Shown piece by piece: positions 23,128-26,502 of a DNA stretch of 26,502 nt. The notes beneath the pieces were generated by a model, which had not been told where the DNA came from, did no database searches, and saw nothing but the letters and a program-made list of their open reading frames with translations. Position 1 is the first letter of the stretch. Each line of letters starts with the position of its first letter. Source of the stretch: Octopus sinensis (taxonomy: Eukaryota); contig NW_021834756.1 in NCBI RefSeq assembly GCF_006345805.1, positions 1 through 26,502 of the forward strand, written 5' to 3'. A program made the translations under genes and the position numbers.

Positions 23128-23165
23128 TCTTTCTGTTGAAGAGCGTAGGCTCGAAACGTTAAAGA
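23128..23165 (+). ncRNA. Variant minimal hammerhead motif (A6 to U core) in a (TA)n-flanked repeat at about 23065-23263
   Basis: TCTTT-CTGTTGA-A-GAGC gtag GCTC-GAAA-CGT-T-AAAGA: 5-bp stem I, perfect 4-bp stem II, palindromic AACGUU. Confidence 0.62.
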
Positions 23166-23274
23166 CTTGTTTTATTTATATTTCCTGAGCGCCATACTAA
23201 TACAATTGTTCGTTTGTCTTCCACCTGCCTTCGTCTTTTGTTTATTTTCATAAAGCTTCCCGTTATATATATAT

Positions 23275-23335
<61 letters not shown>

Positions 23336-23374
23336 GTGTGTGTGTGTGTGTGTGTGTTGTATGTGTGTGTGTGT

Positions 23375-23962
23375 GTGTTGAATAGAATGTTTCGTGGTAT
23401 TTGTTAAAAGTCTTGATTCTCTGATTTCAAATGTCTCTGAAGTCAAATTTGGCTTTCATCAATTCGATATTAATAATAAAATGTACCCGTCAAGAGGGAT
23501 GGATTGTCGGAATTATGCTAAAGCGTTCGATGGATTGCTTTGCAGAATCTGCTTTGGTTGTGTGTATTCTGAGTCCAAATGTAATTAAAATTTCAGTCAC
23601 ATTAAAATTTGTTTCTAAATTTATAATCACTAGTTTTTGGGTTCTTTAAATCTCAAAATTACTTTCCATAAGAATTGGATATATTTCTAATTCATAAAAA
23701 AGGACTTTCCAATTTATAGCAAATAATGGCTGTTTAATTAAGAAGTATACAGAAATTTAGATGTGAAATACTGAACGAATAAACGTTATACCCTTCACAG
23801 TTTTTATGATTTTTGGAAAAGATGTTTCAAATGAGGATACTTGATAATGATAGCGTTGAAATACCTGTAATGTTTATATATTTGTGTAAAATATAGTTTT
23901 ATCTAGATATTGTTACTGCTAATCATAGAATATTTAAAATGAATATGATTTGATATTATTAT
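23375..23962 (-). repeat. Arm 2 of the inverted duplication (lacks the SINE)
   Basis: Reverse complement of 20361-20377 joined to 20785-21355. Confidence 0.93.
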
Positions 23963-24059
23963 GGGAGTTTGGTCGTGTGGTAACTTCGTTATGCTAAGAT
24001 ACTAGATGTCTTAGTGTAAGGTGTTTCAATCCTATGTAACCGCATCGCCAGATTTCTCA

Positions 24060-25756
24060 TCTAATTGTCTCTAACCAGCGAGGCGGTTACAATAGAATGT
24101 ATTGACATTAGCGAAAAAGATGTCCTACTAGCCATAGATGAAGTGGACACAAACTCAGCTGCTGGTCCAGACGATTTCCCAGCCATCCTCCTCAAAGCGT
24201 GTATCATGCCCCTGGCAAAACCCTCAAGATTCTCTTCCAGAGCTTTCTTGCGAATGGCAAACTGCCAAGCAAGCTGAAGGAGGGAATAATATGCCCAATA
24301 CATAAAGGGGGAAGTAGAGCAGATGCTAAAAACTATAGGCCTATCTCTCTGACTTCACCATCAGCAAAGTCATGAAATGATAGTCAGAAAGAAACTAATC
24401 GCATTCCTTGTGGAAAATAACTTGCTGAGTAATACCCAGCATGGTTTTCGACCAGGTAGGAGCTCCTGACCCAGCTCTTACAGCATTATGACTGGGTGTT
24501 GAGGCAGTTACTCAACAAATCAAATGTGGACGTAATCTACCTTGATTTTGCAAAAGCTTTTGACAAGGTGGATCATGGTATGATATGCCACAAACTACGT
24601 GACCTCGGCATAGCTGGAAAACTTGGAATGTGGTTGCATGACTTCCTGAAAGATAGAAGTCAGGCAGTAGTGGTTAATGGAGCCACGTCTACGAACACAC
24701 AAATAGCGAGCGGTGTTCCACAGGGTACTGCTTTTTATAGTGGCCTTCTCAGATATGCCCTCAAATGCCCGGATAGCCACTCTGGCCATTTATGCAGACG
24801 ATACGAAAGTCTCGCAGAAAATACAGAACCCCAGCGATGTTGCACACCTGCAGCAGGAGTTGGACTCAATCTACAGATGGGCTGAGGATAATAATATGCA
24901 GTTTAATGCTGAAAAATTCCAGGCCCTGCGCTACCAGCATCCAAAACTGAATATTAAACTTACAGGATACACCGGTCCACAGGGAATTTCAATGCCAGAG
25001 CCTAAGTCTGTGAGGGACCTGGTATCGACATGAGTGATGATACCTCTTCCAAGTGCACATTACCAGGATGGTGACAAAGTTGCAGACGACTGGCTGGGTG
25101 GATCCTAAGAACATTCAGAACCAGGGATAAGGAAACCATGATGGTTCTCTGGCGGACATTCGTCCTCAGTCGCCTGGATTACTGCTCACAGCTATGGTCA
25201 CCCACCAGTGTAAAATTAAGAGCAGACCTTGAAGCAATCCAGAGAATATTCACAAAGAAGATCGTCTCTTTGCAATAGCTCAGCTACTGGGAAAGGTTGA
25301 AACAGCTAAGACTCTACTCCCTGGAGAGAAGACGAGAGAGGTATGCAGTAATATATATCTGGAAGATCCTGGAAGGAATTGTGCCAAATTTTGGCATTGT
25401 AAGCTACACCAATGCTAGAACGGGACGACACTGCATAGTGCCAAAGATCCCAGCAGTGCCATCACACTTCAGGACCAGCTTCTGCAACAGCCTGGGTTTC
25501 AAGAGCCCACAGCTTTTTTAGATTCCCCAAGAGTCTGAGGAACTTGCACAAAGTAGATGTAGCGGTTTTTAAATCAAAGCTGGACATCTTCCTGTCAAGA
25601 GTCCCAGGTGAACCTACCTCACGGCAAGAGGTGAAAATGAGAGTAGCTTATCAAACTCCATTCTTCACCAAGTGCCACATATTAGACGAGGTTCGTCGCA
25701 ATAACTGTGTAGCACAAAATGGCGGTGGCATCAGCATGCCGCAGCTCTGAGCTGAA

Positions 25757-25760
<4 letters not shown>
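24060..25760 (+). mobile_element. 5'-truncated CR1/L2-group LINE, copy 2 (diverged subfamily)
   Basis: SAAGPDDFP, YLDFAKAFDKVDH, SGVPQG, YADD and LYSLERRRERY motifs. 3' tail ggcggtggcatcagcatgccgcagctctgagctgaaac followed by (TA)n. Confidence 0.92.
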
Positions 25761-25806
<46 letters not shown>

Positions 25807-25859
25807 ATGGGTGAATTGAAGAAATGGAGCTGAACGCAGATTGAACAGAAATCGTTTTA

Positions 25860-25948
25860 TTTCATTCTACACGTGTTTCGAAAGGCACAAATTACCAAAA
25901 TCCGATTGAATAATGGGACCATATTGTGTCTTTCTCTTCAGGAAGAAA
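25860..25948 (-). ncRNA. Type I hammerhead motif with a long stem II (best-formed copy)
   Basis: Minus strand: TTTCTTC-CTGAAGA-GAAAG a CACAA..TTGTG c CTTTC-GAAA-cacgtg-TA-GAATGAAA. Canonical G10.1-C11.1, palindromic stem III ACACGUGU, GUA cleavage, stem I 7 bp with one bulge. Confidence 0.88.
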
Positions 25949-26502
25949 AAAGGAAATCCGTTGGAAAAACAAAAACAGAACAGAGGCAGAGCAAAAAACA
26001 AATCGAACTGTGCTCCTAAGAGCCCATGGCGAAACTGTTTATCAGTGTATGTTGAGAACCGGTGGCTGAAGAATTCAACAGGTCAGGCATCGGTCAATCA
26101 TGTGGGTGAAGGTGTATAGATGTTCTTTGTGACCGAGAATAAAGTTCTGACTATTTAAAGAATATTGGATGTTTTATAAGGGGCGAGAAAAAATCTGCTT
26201 AGAGACGTGTGTGTGTGTATACTGTTCTATATATGTGTGTGTTGGCGTAGGGGTAGAAAATTTTTGTGTACGTGTGTGCGTTTGATCGTTCGGCTGTCAG
26301 TGGCTACTGCCGTGAACCGTTGGGTGGCAGAAAAGAAAAAAAATAAAGAAATATATATATATATTATGTTTTATGTGTTTAGGTGTGTGTGGTGTGTTCA
26401 TCTGAGCCTGCCTTGACAAGGAAACCCCCCGCTGTGAAAAAACAAGCCCCGTTTGTCTTACAGGAGTAAGTTTCCCTTGCAGTGGTTATTGTAGATATCT
26501 TA

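Noticed and set aside
26380-26475. Consensus donor GTAAGT at about 26466 with a possible upstream exon
   Set aside because: Frames from the good acceptor contain stops. The only open option (ETPAVKKQAPFVLQ) needs a weak AAG acceptor.

Overview
AT-rich, microsatellite-laden eukaryotic DNA with no intact host gene. It is most likely an octopus intron or intergenic region; this is an inference from recalled SINE families and repeat texture, not a database search. The window is a mosaic of transposable-element relics: a 5'-truncated R4/Dong-like non-LTR retrotransposon sitting inside a (TAA)n array (7482-9339), two CR1/L2-group LINE copies (14298-17622 with a CCCH-finger ORF1, APE and RT; 24060-25760), two old RTE LINE relics, a mariner relic, three tRNA-derived SINE families, and a Penelope-like (PLE) GIY-YIG fragment. 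Reading the non-coding parts shows eight minimal type-I hammerhead-ribozyme-like loci, at least five of them unrelated in sequence. They have palindromic or near-palindromic stem III, and most lie 60-170 nt upstream of a (TA)n tract. Three of them belong to one family and carry non-canonical core bases. One (TA)n-flanked element has no hammerhead but folds into a compact pseudoknot (4006-4109, minus strand), a candidate new structured or self-cleaving RNA. A SINE and both CR1/L2 LINE copies share a 3' tail, with compensatory stem changes between the SINE and LINE copy 2. A recent ~590 bp inverted duplication preserves an empty SINE site. All structures were folded by eye and are untested. Most long ORFs in the supplied track are microsatellite artefacts.
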